Positions 45,670 through 47,320 of a stretch of 47,320 bases of DNA are shown here, piece after piece. Each line of letters begins with the position of its first letter. The first letter of the stretch is position 1. The stretch comes from an uncultured Gammaproteobacteria bacterium (GTDB lineage: Bacteria; Pseudomonadota; Gammaproteobacteria; UBA6002): NCBI GenBank assembly GCA_963705725.1, contig CAVPKM010000005.1, forward strand, positions 1 through 47,320. Reading direction: 5' to 3'. The notes beneath the pieces were generated by a model. It made no database searches. It was not told where the DNA came from and saw only the letters and a list, made by a program, of their open reading frames with translations. A program made the translations under genes and the position numbers.

Positions 45670-46502
45670 TCAAGCATTGAAACTTGATAGTTCTATCAAA
45701 TCTTCAGACGTACTTGATAATAATTCAGATTTAAAAGAAATGGTTTTTTGTTCAATCGAATTCATAAAATTCTTGGCCTCATGCTTTAATTTTGAAAATT
45801 CAAAAATATGGTGCTTTGAAAGTTTATAAGGGAAAGAGTTATCTAGTTGAGCGCCATTTATTAAATAATTTGCAAATGCTTTAACGGCAAGATCTAAGCT
45901 AATTTTCCCATAATTGATAGGGCAAAAATAAATTAAGGCACTAACGTGTTTAGAGTATGTTTTATGTGAAATTTCTTTGCAGACATGAGTTCCTAAGTAA
46001 TTGCGAACACCGATTACGGACTTTCCAGTGGTGTTCCAACAATAATTTGCATCATCATCTTTGGTTAAAAACATATTTATTAGCTTTAGAAAGTTATTAT
46101 GAAGATAATTTGTTCTAGGATCCTTAAAATTTGTAGGGTTGTTAGGTATTGATATAAATTTATTATTCTTAGAGAGCAACGGAGAATATTGTGAGTTTGA
46201 TCAAAATTAGCAAGGTCTACCCCTTGTTTTAAATAAAGCACATGGTCCATTAAATACGGATAGTTTGATAGAATTTGAGTTTGAGCTTTCTCTTCTGAAG
46301 AATGCTGCTCTGTTTCGAATAATAATGCATAAAGACTGAAAGAATTTATTTTTTTAGAGGATGGACAACATTCAGCCAAAGCGATTAAGGTCTGGAAGTT
46401 TGGATTTTCCTTCGCTTCACTTAATAGTTGGTGAGGTGATTTTAAACTCTGACTCTGATCTGCTGCTAATGGGAAACACTTCGAAAACATATCTAATCTC
46501 AC
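45670..46502 (-). pseudogene. Orphan gene apparently split by a frameshift (ORFs 46086-46502 and 45670-46179)
   Basis: Two same-strand ORFs overlap by 94 bp in different frames; the second begins with a TTG lacking an obvious RBS. Confidence 0.5.
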
Positions 46503-46587
46503 CTTTATAAAATATGAATATCATATAAAAATTAATTAAATATATCAATAAAAAAAACAGAATTGTGATAAAGTAAAATGAAGCAAG

Positions 46588-46658
46588 GGTAGCGCAAATA
46601 ATTTGGTAGCGTAAATAATTTTGTGTAAGCAGGTTGAGTCAGCAGATTTTTTGCTACC
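46588..46658. repeat. Tandem 17-mer GGTAGCG(C/T)AAATAATTT x2 plus partial inverted copy TTTTTGCTACC
   Basis: 46588-46604 and 46605-46621 are 16/17 identical; the inverted motif ends at 46658. Confidence 0.6.
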
Positions 46659-46663
46659 GCAAG

Positions 46664-46993
46664 TTAGCTAGCCCATTTGAACTCCGGATCAATGTCTTCT
46701 AACAGCCACATTAAAGCACCTGCTATTTGTATAGGCTTTTTATCTAATTGCTTATATGCATTAATTAACTCTTGTATAGAAAAATTAGACAGCACCTCAT
46801 TCAAATCAGATTGTGCTGCCGAGGCGATATTATAACAACGCAAACAATTCTTTATGAATAATTCTTTGTTAACCATAGATAAAATTTCATCAAGTATTTC
46901 TATATTCGTTGAAAGAACATGGGCAGCCCAAATGGCTTTATCCTTTTCTATTAGTTTATTAACAATATCCACCCAATATGTTTTATTTACCAT
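46664..46993 (-). CDS. Hypothetical protein
   Basis: 109-aa ORF from ATG 46993, helical composition, no motif. Confidence 0.55.
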   Translation of the reverse strand: MVNKTYWVDIVNKLIEKDKAIWAAHVLSTNIEILDEILSMVNKELFIKNCLRCYNIASAAQSDLNEVLSNFSIQELINAYKQLDKKPIQIAGALMWLLEDIDPEFKWAS

Positions 46994-47167
46994 AATTAGC
47001 ACCCTGATTCGTATTAGTAAACTATGATGTGTGCATCTCACCTTTTTTGTTAGTCATGAAATCTATTGCAACTTCAAGCAGCGTCCATATATGAACAGTT
47101 TTCGGCTCAGGGTAATTCCTTCCAATTGGATGCGCATGCTTCCACCTTCACTCAATACCTTGGATAA

Positions 47168-47203
47168 AGGAGAAAATTCACCATTTCGATCTCGAGGAAC
47201 TTC
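47168..47203 (-). mobile_element. Tiny IS256/Mutator transposase remnant (EVPRDRNGEFSP)
   Basis: 12 codons matching the hallmark VPRDRxGxFxP motif; no flanking transposase sequence recognisable. Confidence 0.45.
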
Positions 47204-47226
47204 GGCTGTGCAAAAAACGTAACCGG

Positions 47227-47319
47227 CTATAAGTTATCAAATTTAATTCCTGAAACTAATCTTTTAACTATTTCCACAGTTAATTCTTTATAAACTTCTT
47301 TAGTGGGAGTATCTGTCGA
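47227..47319 (-). CDS. 3' end of a CDS starting beyond the window (…STDTPTKEVYKELTVEIVKRLVSGIKFDNL*)
   Basis: Open frame from the window edge to TAG at 47227. Confidence 0.45.
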   Translation of the reverse strand, partial: STDTPTKEVYKELTVEIVKRLVSGIKFDNL

Positions 47320-47320
47320 G

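Noticed and set aside
45530-46560. PmrA boxes upstream of the tail orphans
   Set aside because: Only loose TTAA matches in very AT-rich DNA, without correct spacing to a -10
1-47320. tRNA, rRNA, CRISPR array, integrase or intact transposase
   Set aside because: None recognisable; intergenic gaps are short and lack the signatures

Overview
A 47.3-kb AT-rich chromosomal segment from a gammaproteobacterium. It is most likely an intracellular Legionellales/Coxiellaceae-type organism, inferred from an EirA-like gene beside yihG-hemCDXY, two Pht-like MFS transporters, a PmrA-type box, an IcmN/DotK-like OmpA lipoprotein and ankyrin/orphan effector candidates. Positions 1 to about 42.4 kb are mostly housekeeping genes: topA, purE, tsaC, ubiCA, zapE, pterin genes, yadGH, dksA, lptM-lysA-dapF, amgK, lptD-surA-rsmA, hemCDXY, mgtC, dsbB, uvrD, pyrE-pgi-DAHP synthase and comM. 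Beyond comM lies a visibly more AT-rich accessory tail with an ATPase-wHTH-nuclease gene, effector-like orphans and IS debris. The main unexplained structures are: (1) the ATPase-nuclease gene is tightly bracketed by two palindromes of identical geometry (TACTGGGCT-N3-TATAA-N5-TTATA-N3-AGCCCAGTA); (2) a ~60-bp hairpin element occurs twice, each copy flanked by its own 12-bp direct repeat; (3) a second MITE-like family with GTAACTATTCAGCAC-type ends occurs three times; (4) several envelope proteins are unusually Cys-rich; (5) a clan-CD-like protease/ankyrin effector candidate is present. No rRNA, tRNA or CRISPR array was seen. All calls come from reading the sequence and motif recall; no database searches were run.
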